This document shows positions 20,237-33,310 of a DNA stretch of 43,235 bases, piece after piece. The translations under genes and the position numbers were made by a program. Origin of the DNA: Octopus bimaculoides (taxonomy: Eukaryota). The notes under the pieces were generated by a model. That model saw nothing but the letters and a program-made list of their open reading frames with translations. It was not told the origin of the DNA and searched no databases. The stretch lies in the NCBI RefSeq assembly GCF_001194135.2, contig NC_068986.1, positions 53,435,026-53,478,260 of the forward strand, given 5' to 3'. Position 1 is the stretch's first letter. Each line of letters opens with the position of its first letter.

Positions 20237-22131
20237 CTATAATAAATGAATGTAAAATGGGGAAAACCATAAGCTGAAATATTCACTTTCAGAATTGTTG
20301 CAATAAGAAATTCTTAAAAAAACCTTCATAAAATTGCTATCTTCTTGCTCTTTACTGCTTAGCCTGTGACAGGGGGACTGGTTCATGTGACATTGAAGTA
20401 TGTCCACTTACTAATGGGTCTATGTAATAAATGTTTAAGAGTAAGCCCTCCTCTGGTTCCTGTATGGCTTAGCCACAAGACCATCTACTATTTGACCCAT
20501 AACTGAAGCCCCTAATGAGTTCTATCAGAGCAGACATAAGAGTAGTGGTGACTAGGCATAACTCTACACTTCCTAAAACTTCTGAATTTTTGAGCTGGAG
20601 CCTCATCATCGGATGATAGTCTTGCCAAGACATCACAAACACATACAATAAAAAAAAACAAAGCTTTCTTTTTTTTTTTTTTTGTACAGTAACTTTGCTC
20701 CAATAGCAACAGTCTATTATAATCTCATGTTACATCTTAGTTCCACAAGTTTGAATCCATAAATTTGTAGTTAGGTGTTCTGGTACAAATATTTTATTTT
20801 TTGTTTCATGAGCTAATTTGATGAGTGGTGGCAGCATGGACCACAGTTTATCAAATAAGAAATTTGTATTTTGTATCCTGTTACTGAGATACTTTCACTC
20901 CTTTGCAACATATGCCCATCAAACATTCAACTTATTCAGTTACAGCTCATACAGCAGGTTACAGTAAGAGGCTTAGATAAAATAACATTACACTGTATTC
21001 TTTGTTAAGATGTTTCCATTACAAGTCAACTTCTAACATAGAATTAACTGGAGGTAATAAAATGAGACTATGATATCTTTAGGAAGAGCATGAACAATAT
21101 AAGTGAAGTTAAATTACTTCAACAAAATGATGACCTCAGTGAATAAACTGTAGCTCACTATTATGCTGATCACAACATCAAGTAAAATAAAATTTTCAAG
21201 GCTGCACATGAAGTATAAAAGATGAAGAAATTTATGTATTTTATTGCTTAGCCACAAGACGAAGAGCAATACCCAAGATCCTTCTCATAGATTGATTCCA
21301 CTACTTTATGAATATATTACCTAATGTCCTCCACCTCCCCAAAACACTTTTTTAATTATTGTATTTTTGGTGCCCTATGAAAGTTCAGGAGTTTTGGGGA
21401 GTGTGGAGTTATGCTTTAGTCACCTCTACTCACAGGTTTAACCAGACCTAGGATGGGTCAAATAGAAGATAGTCCTGTGGTTAAACTACATATGACTTGG
21501 AGAGCTTGCCCCTAAACATGTGTCATACAAACCCGTTGATGAGTGGACATACCCCAGTGTCATGCAACCCNNNNNNNNNNAAATGGTTAGCTGTAGAGAG
21601 CAGGAAATGAGAAGAGTAAATTGTAAATAAACTGACTGAAAGAACAGGAAGCCACTGCTGTATCTTTCCCAAAATTCATGAATCTCCAGATTTTGCTATT
21701 GAGATCTATGATTGCTAATGCCAATAAAATAGGTACGCCACATAGGGGAGACGTGAGAGGATTTGTGAATAAGTGTCATTAGATGATGAGAAATGAAAAC
21801 CACATCTATGTCCATTTATTAAAATTAAGTAATTATGAATCAAATGTGTACAAACGTAATTATACTTACATTCTAAAAATATCAGAATTTTAAAAAATAT
21901 TATTTAAGCTATATACCAATATAATAGAATAAATTTTTCCAAGACTGTCTTTTATAAGTAATCAGTTACATTAATTTCAAGGAAGGGGGAATGTGGCATA
22001 AAGTACATAAAAGGAAATTGAAATATAAAACAAAACTTCACATTTGCTGCCTTGATAATTTTAACTCCCTAAGTAGAAAAATAAAATATACAACAATGAC
22101 AACAACATTATGTTTCATCATCAATACATAC

Positions 22132-22353
22132 CTTGGAAGTATACTCTCTCATTACTTGGATCATATAAGGCATGGCAAAGTCTAAGATATTATGACGCCA
22201 TGCAAGTTCGAGGATTACATCAGGCCGCAGAAGATCGTAACACTGAAAAAGACAGGCTGCAAAGCACTCGTAGTTTTTCTGTTCCAAGAACCAAACTATT
22301 AATTCTTCAGCAATATCTACATTACGGGATTCACTTGCATACTGCATACAATC
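22132..22353 (-). CDS. CLTC: CLTC exon (222 nt): DCMQYASES...[25 protein letters not shown]
   Basis: gcag|gat...aag|gtatgt. Strong clathrin heavy chain similarity. Confidence 0.97.
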
Positions 22354-22824
22354 CTGCAAAACAAAATATATCAATATTTAATACTTTGAAAAAGTTTAGC
22401 ATTTTATCACAAGTTTAGACATACATTCAATTGTAAATTCTACCTACTGATAAGTCAACTGGTCATACAGGATTCCTGTACTGTATGTTTGACTGAGTTA
22501 ACTCCATTGAGATAATGGAAAGAAATGTAATTAGCATGGTAATCAAATGTAAATTTGTATGCTATCTGCTTAGTGATATAGAAATTATAAAAGAAATAAC
22601 TTCGTTTATGTTTGTTGGTTGCAGAGGGCTACAGGGATGAGATGTCTGATGCAGGAGGTTCATATTATGTTTAGTTTAAAATGCCTGTACATTATTTGAT
22701 AGCAGGAAAACATGAGCAGAGATGAGATTCTAGCAAAACTACACTTGTAGGGAGAAGAGTTTTGATATGACAAAGTGTTTTTACTTGTAGCTGACTGGCA
22801 TGTGGAAGTAACATCTTTTATTAT

Positions 22825-23085
22825 CTTTTACTTGTTTCAGTCAAATGAATTGTCCCCAGTTTTAATCCTTCGACTATTAAGTTTCAGGAATGTAAACAAA
22901 CCAACACCAGTTGTCAAGTGATGGGACACACATGTCAGGTTTCTTTCAGTTTCTGTCTACCATATCCACTCACAAGGTTTTGATTAGTCCAAGGTTATAG
23001 AAGACACCCAAAGTGCCAGACAGTAGGACTGAGCCCAGAACCATGTGGTTGGGAACCCAACTTTTTACCACAGAGCCACGTCTGT
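22825..23085 (-). mobile_element. SINE family A, type-1, with internal deletions
   Basis: Reverse complement of the 4951-5296 pattern (cttgtttcagtca...aaaccaacaccagttgtcaag...ttctttcagtttctgtctacc...ccatgtggttggg). Confidence 0.8.
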
Positions 23086-23264
23086 CAGAGTAGTAAGAAT
23101 ATGGTAGTGCAGTGCTGGTAGAATCGATAATCAAATAGCCCAACAATGAATTAATGATAAATGTTGACAGTAACTGACACTGACTATTACAACACCAGGG
23201 TGTTAACAGTAAAATAGGTGCTTAAAATCTTACACATTATTCAGTAAACGACTTCGATAGTGAC

Positions 23265-23330
23265 AACCAATCCAGCCTGTGCCAACATAGAAAGCAAATG
23301 TATGATGACGATGAGGATAGTGATGATGAA
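23265..23330 (+). mobile_element. Decayed RTE-type 3' tail with (GAT)n-like end
   Basis: aatccagcctgtgccaacatagaaagcaaatgtatgatgacgatgaggatagtgatgatg resembles the reverse complement of 33266-33310. Confidence 0.5.
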
Positions 23331-24530
23331 ATATAGGTAGCATTTTTACCTGAAATTCTTTAGCCTCAGAAGATTAAAAATAAAGATTTAAGCTTGATAT
23401 TGTGTGAACAGTTCCCATTCAATGACAAACAATATGTTACTTGCTGACAAAGTATGTAGCTCTAAAATTACACTACTTATATGGCATCTGATGAAAAAGT
23501 ACAGTGGGAAATATAGAGAGTAGAAGGAAAATCTGCAAATTTGCCCGCTCTGCATTCAAACATGATACACCTCATACAAATAAATTTCCAAATAAGGAAG
23601 AGAAAAACTGAGGCAATTCTTTCAGATGTAAAATAAGCTTTCAAAATATTAAACAATTTTAAAAGAAAATTCATGAGAATACTTTTCTCAGGCAAGTAAT
23701 TTGTGTATTTCTAAAAGCTACATATAGTCTGTAGCAATATTCCTTCTAATTTTTTAGTCACCAGTGTGCACAAAATGCTAATACTGTACAAATTTCTTTT
23801 CCTGCACCAAACATGTGCACTGGCTGTAAAGCATGCACACATGCAGCTTACAGGGAAGAGTTGTTTTAAGAATTGCATATCAAAATTCCATCTTGATGGG
23901 TATAGCTCTAATGAAAAGGCAAAGTAACAAAAAAAAAGGAAACAAACATTTTTATGGCTTAGTCTTAGGAGAAATGGCAGCCATCATGATTATTGTTAAC
24001 TGTTAAAGACTTATGGAGGGAGGGGAGGAGAGAAAGATAGAAATTGTGACTCAGGTTGATGCAGTAGGAAGTAGCGCATGTCTTCATGATGGAGATGTGA
24101 CTGAAATGCTTGCAACAGAATGGACTCAACTAAAAACCAGGCATCAGGGTAAGTCTATCACACAAACACTAGTATAGTCCAACAGGTTGCAGATTTTGAA
24201 CATGCAAGAGTTGCATTGACATGAGGCAAAGGCAGGACACTTGCCTAAGTTAGGGACTGAACCCAGTACAACAGGATTGCAAAATGAGCATATTAAGTAT
24301 ATTGCCATTACTATACCCAACAAGGCATTGAAAATAGAAGGCAAAAAAAAAAAAAAAAAAANNNNNNNNNNAAAAAAAAAAAAAAAAAAAATGAACATGA
24401 TAATGAAACACCATACAAGTAAATACCAAATAGGAAAGGAAAAGTAATAAATATGCCAAATAACTGATAAACATGAAAATGAGGGGTGTACAATATGTCA
24501 ACAAAATAACTAAGAAAACAAATGACTAAC

Positions 24531-25094
24531 TTTGAAAAGTTTATCCTTCTTGCACAAGTCCACCGATTGTTTCCATCGGTTATTTCCTTTATAAAGATAA
24601 GCAGCTATCCTGCGGAATTCAAGAAGCTCATGTTTCTCAAGCCGTTGTGCCAAAGAGATATTATCAAAGTTGTCATAAGCATCAATGGACGTCCGCAAAC
24701 TCTGGTAGTCTTCTTCAGTGATAAGCAGGTCATTCAGGGCTTCATTGATGGCTTTGTTGTTGTTCTTTTGTACTGACCACAAGTAGGGCTTCACTAATGG
24801 AATCTTGTTGACTTTAAGGAAATAATTCACAGAGCGGGTGTGATCTAGACGTGGTGTGAGGACTAGAAGAAGGTCGTTAATTAACATTGGTTTGAAATCT
24901 AAGTAAAAAATCAGAGCTTTGTAATAAAGTTCAATATTTGCCACTCGAGTTATGATATCTTTAAACTGGCTTTCACGCCAGGCTTCTGTTGGGTGGTTCA
25001 TCATTGTCAAAATTGCATTGTCATACTCCTCATATTTGTCATACAGGAATACAAGTTCAGCCCATAAATGAGCTTGTTCAGCTGCTCTCAAAAC
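24531..25094 (-). CDS. CLTC: CLTC exon (564 nt): [27 protein letters not shown]...[20 protein letters not shown]
   Basis: tttcag|gtt...aaa|gttagt. Near-identity to clathrin CHCR6-7. Confidence 0.98.
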
Positions 25095-25564
25095 CTGAAA
25101 AATTATAAAGAAAGTATTTATTTTCCTAATTTCAATACATATATAAAAAAAAAAAAATAAAAAAATAAAAAATATATAGGTAATTAAGAAATGCTTTATG
25201 AATAATTTTAAGTATTACTTGTGAGGCTTAAATGATGAAAATGTAAAATGAGACTATAGCTACAAATTCTTCAACAACACTTCAAAATGACACTAAATAC
25301 CTAGTCATAATCACTTGCCCACCCTGCACACCATAAAGATCGGAAGANNNNNNNNNNNNNNNNNNNNNNNNNNNNNNNNNNNNNNNNNNNNNNNNNNNNN
25401 NNNNNNNNNNNNNNNNNNNNNNNNNNNNNNNNNNNNNNNNNNNNNNNNNNNNNNNNNNNNNNNNNNNNNNNNNNNNNNNNNNNNNNNNNNNNNNNNNNNN
25501 NNNNNNNNNNNNNNNNNNNNNNNNNNNNNNNNNNNNNNNNNNNNNNNNNNNNNNNNNNNNNNNN

Positions 25565-25609
<45 letters not shown>

Positions 25610-25636
25610 CACACACACACACACAAGTAACACTCA

Positions 25637-25816
<180 letters not shown>

Positions 25817-26769
25817 TCACTAACAGTTCAATAAGTTTAATATACTATAATTTTAAAAAAAGAATGTTTTTGTGGCATTCACCATTAAGAAAATTGGTAA
25901 TAAGAGAATATATTTAATGTCAAATAACTGATTAACTTATGCTTCAAGGAATACAGATGTAAGCAATAGGTTTTCATAACAAAAATGATTACGACCACAC
26001 TGAGAATATGAACAAATAAAACTATAAACCTGTTACAATATTTATAGATAAACAAAGAAAGACTTAAGATATATGTAAGCAGATTGTACATCTCTTTTTG
26101 TGATGCCAAATTTACAAACAGCTAGATAATTCTACTTGTTCAAACAATACATATATATCACACAAGCGAAGAGTGTACATGCAATGCAGAACTGCATGAT
26201 AAACTCTTGTAGTTATAAAACCAAAATTATTTTAGAATAAAACTTAATACACATACATAAAACTTATAGTTTTAATTTCATCCTTATCATTAATTTCAAT
26301 AAAGGTACTTAATTGAACATACCCAAAAAGAAATTTGAGAGAAAGAAGTTAATTACTTTTATTAATGATAAATCATTTTACTAATCTTTAAGGTGATTAC
26401 ATTTGCAATTTTCTAATTGGATAATACTGCTAGCTTTCAAAATCAAAATTCTTTGGTTCAACTAAAGTCTGAATCAATAATGTATGAGCTCAAGTACCAT
26501 AATCCCTCTATCATTACACAAAGCAAAGTCTTTGCTGGAAATGAACATTCAAAAGGAAATGTTGATAATCACATAAATATCTTGGTATTACTATTATTAA
26601 GACACTAGTGAGACCTGTGAAAACTCCACAGAATGAAAAAGATTAAGAGAAGCCATTTATGAAAGAAAAGATGATTTTTATTATAACTTTGCTCGGTTAC
26701 TTCACTTCCTGTCACAATAATATATTATATGATTTTAAAGTTTCCTTCTGCTAAGCACTTTATATTTCT

Positions 26770-27030
26770 GTCTTTCTACCTCTTCAACAAACTTTTTAAT
26801 CATATAATTCCCTCTTCATGTCTTTAACATTTCTCTTTCTCTTCACACCCTACAGCATACCATTAACACTTCTCTCTCGCTTCTCTTACTGTCTTTTTCT
26901 CTTGCACTTCACCTCTCCCTTCAACTAACCACATGATGCATTTGGCCTTACTATATTATTATACTCCTCTCTTCCTTTTCTACTCACATTTCTCTCCCTC
27001 CCTCTCTCTCACCTCCACCTCTCCAACTAA
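26770..27030 (+). repeat. CT-rich low-complexity tract
   Basis: Seen directly. Confidence 0.7.
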
Positions 27031-27197
27031 CTAAAGTATAACAGGTGAACGAACAATCAGATTATTGTATAGGTATTTTTTACTTGAACTGTATAGTCAT
27101 GAATGATAATGTTATATGAAATCATTCATCCAAATTAAAGATTTTATTGATGTGATGAAGCATAATATTCTTGATAAGGGAATGAGAAAATGCTGAC

Positions 27198-27354
27198 CTA
27201 AGGCTGCCTCTAGAAGTGTGATCAGCTCTTCAAAGAATCCTCTATCCTGGTAATAATTTATAAGTTCCTCTAATTCATCTGCATGTACTACAATGTGAAG
27301 ACCACACATTTGGGAAAGACGAAACTCTTCATTGTCTACACAAGCAAAGCAAAC
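27198..27354 (-). CDS. CLTC: CLTC exon (157 nt): [52 protein letters not shown](G)
   Basis: tttcag|gtt...tta g|gtcagc. Confidence 0.96.
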
Positions 27355-27535
27355 CTGAAATTGAACAAAAAGTTAAAAGATTAAAATATATTATATTTTA
27401 AAATGGTATAATTAGATTAAATTATATCTAAAAAACGAAATTTAGGATTTATGCATTAAGTGATAATTATTTAGATAGCAAACATATTTGACTAAAATAT
27501 TTTAAGGGTTACAAGAAAAATATTAACATTCTTAC

Positions 27536-27700
27536 CTCTTTCCATGTCTTTGTACTGTTAGCTTTCCGTGCACTGTCGACAGCCCCTTGATATTCTCCAA
27601 GGTGCACTAAGGTGATAGCTAAACGCGCGTAGTTAGACACATTGTTGTACAAGAGTTTGGCAGCTTCATACATTTTATCATCAAAGCAGCGGTCAGCAAC
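27536..27700 (-). CDS. CLTC: CLTC exon (165 nt): [55 protein letters not shown]
   Basis: ctttag|gtt...gag|gtaag. Manual translation. Confidence 0.97.
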
Positions 27701-27908
27701 CTAAAGAAAAGTAAATGTAAATGTATTTCACAATCTCTCCCCACAATATCATATTACATACACATCATTCAATAAAACACCAGTACTTTAGAATCTTCTT
27801 CAGTAAAGATTTTATTGGACCGCAGAGTGAAATTTTACCAAATTTCCAATTAATTCACTAAGTATATTTGTGAAATAAAGTAACAAAAACTACACCGAAA
27901 TAAATATA

Positions 27909-29130
27909 TTGGGTCATCCCATAACTATTGTGGGGTTTTTTTTTTATATATATATCTCTTATTTTTCAAAATTAAGATAAAGTTCTTTTTTAATCTAAAA
28001 TATACTCTCCATTTTCTACAATGCACTTCCATCCATCTGGTAGACTTGCAAGACCCCTCTTCCAAAATTCACTTGTCCCTGACAAAAAAATGCCCCTCCA
28101 GTACTGTTCTGACATCATCTACACAATTCATATTTTTTCCATCCAAATAATTTTGAAGACTGTGGGGCAATGTCTGGTGAATATGGAGGGTGGGACATTG
28201 TTTCCCATTCAAACTACTCCAGTCTTGGAAATGTCATCCTTACTGTATGTGGCTGAGCATTATCCTGATGGAAGAATGCCTTTCGTCTTCAAACCAAAGA
28301 TGGTCGTTTTCCTTCTAGTGCTGACTTAAGCTGCTCAATATACTTGCAGTAGATCTCCTTTGTTATCATTTGGTTTGGGTTTAAAAGTTCAAAGTGGACT
28401 AAACCTTTCATATCCCACCAAACAGATACCACTTTATGTGAGTGAAGACCTTCTTTAGCCTGGGGTACTGGTATTTCTCTTTTCTCTACCCACTGTCTTC
28501 GGTGCTTGATATTTTTATAGAGAGCCCATTTCTCGTCACCAGTCATTATTCAGTCAAAGAACGGTTCATTTGTGAGACGTGACAGCAAAGAAGAGCATAC
28601 ATTCACTCTCTGCGGAAAGTTTGTGAAGAACCCATTGACCCAATTTGCTGACTTTTCTGATGGCGCACAGGTTGATGAATGGTTGAATGACCAAATCTAA
28701 GCTTCTCTGCTAGTTCCTCAACAGTTACGATGTGAGTTTGTTCCAAGTTTTGCAGGACGTCCTTGTCAAGTTCTACAGATTTTTCAGGATGAGGCTAGTC
28801 TTCTAGGATGTAGTTTCTGGCCCAGAATTTCTGGAACCACCATTGACACTGGCTTACACTTATCATCCGATCCCCATACACCGCATTAATATTCCTTCCA
28901 CTTTCCATTGCATTGTTGCCTTTATTGAACTCAAAGCAAAATATGCCAAATATGCTCCTTTTTCACTTCTATTATAGCACTGAAAAAATAACTTAAAATC
29001 AAATTGCACTTTTCAAAACTTGCACCAAGAAAAGCACAAGGCAAAATTACTACCTGCTTTTATAGCAAGTTGATGCAGGTAGTTTATCCCATCCCCTTCC
29101 AACTTTTAGTTCATACAATTGAAAATACCC
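27909..29130 (-). mobile_element. Mariner (D,D34D-type) transposon, near full length and decayed; TIR retained only at the low-coordinate end
   Basis: - strand motifs WVLHKLS, TGDEKW, VWWD, HFELL and YSPDIAP, with stops and frameshifts. Starts TA-TTGGGTCATCCCAT at 27907. Confidence 0.92.
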
Positions 29131-29554
29131 CATGAAAAAGATAAAAGGGGAGAGAAATGGAAAAAGGTAACAGAAAGAATATAATAGTAAGAATATACAA
29201 ATCTACAAACCAAAATAAATTAATTTCGTGTGCTGTGAGAAGTGGCCTGAAATTTTTCAAAGCACACAAATTTAATTTCGTGAATTTTATCAGTTCTCTT
29301 CTATTAATATAGAGTATCATCAGTTTCAGACTTTAGTTTCTTTGTTATTGTAAAGATGAATATTGTTGTACTGTTTAAGTTAGATCTCTGTTTACTAGCC
29401 ATGTGTATCATATATATATTGTAATTAAATTACCTAATATGTTCATTCTTGTCTTCTTCCCCAATTTTTAAGGATAGTAAAGTATTATCTGAAGGAAATT
29501 CGGCTGCAGGTCAACCAACCATTTTTTTACAACACTGTAAAAAGAGTTTTAGGT

Positions 29555-29705
29555 GTTGAACTGGCAGAGTCGTTAGAGTGCTGGATAGAATGCCTTGCAC
29601 TTTTTGTTTCATCTCTCTGCGCTCTAGAGTTCAAATCCTACCAAGGTCATCTTTTGCATCTTGTCCTTTCAAGGTCAATAAAAAAAAATATTAAGTACCA
29701 ATCCA
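29555..29705 (+). mobile_element. SINE family B, 5' part
   Basis: ctggcagagtcgttagagtg...gagttcaaatcctaccaaggtc...ttaagtacca. Confidence 0.75.
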
Positions 29706-30510
29706 CAGCAATGGACTGGTAAAACTGTTGGAGGATCAGGTAAGATGCCTTGCACCAAGTTTTGGTTCTTTATTGTTCTGACAGTAATATGTGCAATAAC
29801 ATTAGTACCGAGCTATATTGGCATAAGTTAGTAGACTTTCCCTTTGATAAGCATAGGTTGCATGAAGAGGGGAGACATGCATGCACAAGTAACCCTAACC
29901 ATCCTCAAAAAAAATCTTGCTCAGGTTTTTATGTCTATGCACACTGTACAGCTACATGGTCAACAATGATCAAATGAAAGCCCTAGTTTACGTTGGCAAT
30001 ATCTCTATTTTTACTGTAAATACTATAACATTGAAGACGCTAATAGATACTTTCTAGCTGACTCAAAATAATGGTTCTCCTGCAATTTTTGAAGGTGGGC
30101 TAATGGAAGTCTATTTACTATTCTTTTATTGGTTTCAGCCACTGGACTATGGCCATAAAAAGCTACTACTTTCAAGGGTTTTAGTTGATTATATCAACAC
30201 TTATTACAGTCTTGAGTTTATTGATCAGCAAGAGAAAAGCAAAGCTGACTGGAACATAAAGAGATATAACCAAATATCACAAGATATTTTTGCTTGATGC
30301 TCAACTGATTTTACCATTACTTACCAATACACAAGCATACATTCCTATAGACATTCAACAAACTTTCACACACTCTTCATTTACCAAATTTTACCCCAAG
30401 GATATAGTAGCAACGAAAGTGCTTCACATTGGAATCCAGAACCACGTACTTGTGAAGTGAACTAAAATCTATGACCATGCATGATAATCATGTTAAGAGC
30501 AGATACTTAC

Positions 30511-30668
30511 TTGAGTGATATTAGCATGGTTAGGACCAGAAACAAATTCTTCCAGATCAGCCAATCTGTTTGTCTTTGCATATGCATAAATGAGTTCCGT
30601 TTCAATGAAAGTTTCTCTAGCCTTCTTCCTAGCCATTTGCAGGAATTTTACAAGATCTTCCCAGCTGT
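30511..30668 (-). CDS. CLTC: CLTC exon (158 nt): (N)[52 protein letters not shown]
   Basis: taacag|ac...caa|gtaagt. Confidence 0.97.
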
Positions 30669-31523
30669 CTGTTAACAATGAATTTAGATCAGTCAGTGAT
30701 TGAGGAAAAACAAAAACAAACTAATAACCATACTTACTATATAATGTTAAGTGTTACATATACAAAGCATTAAAATTTCTTTAACTTAAGACTGATATAA
30801 GATAATTTTGCTTTCTTTTTATTAACATTTGCCATCTGAAAATTATATTCTATAAAAATTTGCAAGGAAATTTATATAATTGTTTCTAAGCAAAGGGTCA
30901 ATTTGCTAATGATATAAAAACTGTGATTTTTCTCGATGGAGACAATCTTTACATTTTCCTATATATATGGTCTTAAAATGCATTGAAAAAAAAAAACCCT
31001 ATTTTAAACCTATTTTAAGNNNNNNNNNNNNNNNNNNNNNNNNNNNNNNNNNNNNNNNNNNNNNNNNNNNNNNNNNNNNNNNNNNNNNNNNNNNNNNNNN
31101 NNNNNNNNNNNNNNNNNNNNNNNNNNNNNNNNNNNNNNNNNNNNNNNNNNNNNNNNNNNNNNNNNNNNNNNNNNNNNNNNNNNNNNNNNNNNNNNNNNNN
31201 NNNNNNNNNNNNNNNNNNNNNNNNNNNNNNNNNNNNNNNNNNNNNNNNNNNNNNNNNNNNNNNNNNNNNNNNNNNNNNNNNNNNNNNNNNNNNNNNNNNN
31301 NNNNNNNNNNNNNNNNNNNNNNNNNNNNNNNNNNNNNNNNNNNNNNNNNNNNNNNNNNNNNNNNNNNNNNNNNNNNNNNNNNNNNNNNNNNNNNNNNNNN
31401 NNNNNNNNNNNNNNNNNNNNNNNNAAAAAAAAAAAAAAAAAAAAAGGCTAAAAAAATATGTACAACCCAAGCCTGCATGGAAGATGGATGTTAAAAGATG
31501 ATGTACAACTGCAAAATACTTAC

Positions 31524-31716
31524 TGTTGCTGCTGGCTACATTAACAACTTCCATATATTGTGAAGGATCATCAGCTTTGATAAAGGAATCAATTGCCTCT
31601 TTCACCATACTTGATGAGAGCTGAGCTCTACCTAACTGTGTCCACACTGCAGGATCATTGCAACGCTCAGCAAATTCATAAGCTCTGTCCAAATTTGCAA
31701 CATGGTCAATCAATAC
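31524..31716 (-). CDS. CLTC: CLTC exon (193 nt): [33 protein letters not shown]...[18 protein letters not shown]
   Basis: tttgtag|gta...aac a|gtaagt. Confidence 0.97.
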
Positions 31717-31844
31717 CTACAAAAAAATTAAATGAAAAATTACCTATTGTGTTACTTTTAAAAGCTGTACAATATATTTATAAACAGAACCCCACCACTG
31801 ATTAATAACAGAAACTTTAGTATTAATATTCACAATATAAAGGG

Positions 31845-32165
31845 TAAAGACCCCTACAATCATGAATGACCATGGGATTACACCTAGAAAGTTACTCTCC
31901 GAGTTCAAGCAAGGTTGTTTATGGATGACCAGCAGTCACCTATGCATACCAGCCTCCCCTCTCCATGCCACCAATGTTATCCAAGGGAAAGGCAAAGGCT
32001 GATACAGCTTGGCACCAGTGACATCATTTCTACAGCTGAGTGAACTGGAGCAAAGTGAAATAAAGTGCCTTGCTCAAGAACGCAACACACCCTAGTCTGG
32101 AAATGGAACTCACTACCTCATGATTGTGAGCCCAATGCTCTAACCACTGAGCCATGCACCTTCAC
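31845..32165 (-). mobile_element. SINE family C, near full length
   Basis: - strand head ggtgcatggctcagtggttagagc (A box)...gtgagttccatttcc (B-box-like), then ttcttgagcaaggcactttatttcactttgctccagttcactcagctgtagaaatga. A partial copy lies at about 32480-32580. Confidence 0.82.
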
Positions 32166-33265
32166 ATATAAGTACTCAATAATACAAGTGAAACAGAATT
32201 TATTGAACACTCACATATTAATCTGGTAACAAATCAGGGTTTAGGGTGTCATACTAACAGAACTACTAGCACCGTTCCTGACAAAATTAGAGGATTTTTC
32301 TACAGCTGGAATAATACCTCTGCAATGCCCATGGCTTACAACCTCCTCAGTGTATATATACAAAAAAGCTGGTATTATGTATCATGCTTTCACCAATTGT
32401 TTAGTTATCTATGTAGTCATCCCCTTGACTCAGTGGAATATTAAGAGAGAAAAAGAGAGAATGAATTACATCAGTAGTCTGCTGGTGCTTATTTTCAGCT
32501 GAGAATACTGGAGAAATATGAAATGAAGTGCCTTGCTCAAGGATACTATGTACTGCCTGGTTTAGGAATCAAACTCACAAAAGTGTGACCTAATCTTTAG
32601 GCAATGATATGAACAACTGCTTATGATAATGCTTCATCTTCATAAAGCGTACTGACTAATTTTTAAATCCACTTTTGTTTATGGGTTAGTTTACACACTA
32701 ACGTGCAAGAAATTAAAGAATAGCTGTGCTATGAATGCATCGAATTTATAGCTTAATAAGTTTACAGTACAGTTCCTATAATGGAAAATATGAATTACTG
32801 AATTTCTTTCTTTCTTTGATATTGTGGAAAGACTGCTGAATATTCCCTCCCTTTGTATTTTATATACAATAACGAAAATCTAAGAATCCAATATTTAATT
32901 AACCATTAAGACAAAATCATAATTCAAGGGTATTAGTTAATTGTTTCAGAAAAATGTGAACATAACAGGTCTTAATTGAGAAAAAAGAAACAAAAGTTTG
33001 CAGAGGAAAATTAAGTAAAATCTAAACACAAAAAAGTTGGTAATTCTTTTCGTTGTATTTTATGAAATCTGTCTTAAAATTTTGAAGATAACAGAATTCA
33101 CAAAAGAACTGGGACATTAGCAAAAACTGGCTTCTATATTTGCACCAACTTCAGATATTGTTACGAGAAACATATAATCAATTAAACTAGAGCATATAAG
33201 AGTTAGTAAAAGAGGGGCATAACAATGAATTTACATGAAATGAGGCTTAATTGAAGTAAATACTT

Positions 33266-33310
33266 CATCATCATCATCATCGTTTAACGTCCACTTTCCA
33301 TGCTAGCATG
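33266..33310 (-). mobile_element. 3' tail of an RTE-type element with (GAT)n end, body in the gap
   Basis: Reverse complement catgctagcatggaaagtggacgttaaacgatgatgatgatgatg continues the aacccatgc tail seen at 4942-4950. Confidence 0.75.

Noticed and set aside
20512-20709. - strand ORF containing LARLSSDDEAPAQKFRSFRK in the CLTC intron
   Set aside because: No usable acceptor/donor pair and no similarity to clathrin.
21281-21301. 21-nt - strand segment encoding VESIYEK, reminiscent of the vertebrate 7-aa CLTC alternative exon
   Set aside because: It is flanked by TA and GA, not AG and GT. No register gives canonical splice sites, so it is treated as coincidence.
32080-32165. tRNA-like A/B boxes (also at the heads of SINE families A and B)
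   Set aside because: They are SINE heads followed by SINE bodies. I could not fold a complete cloverleaf, so no tRNA gene is called.
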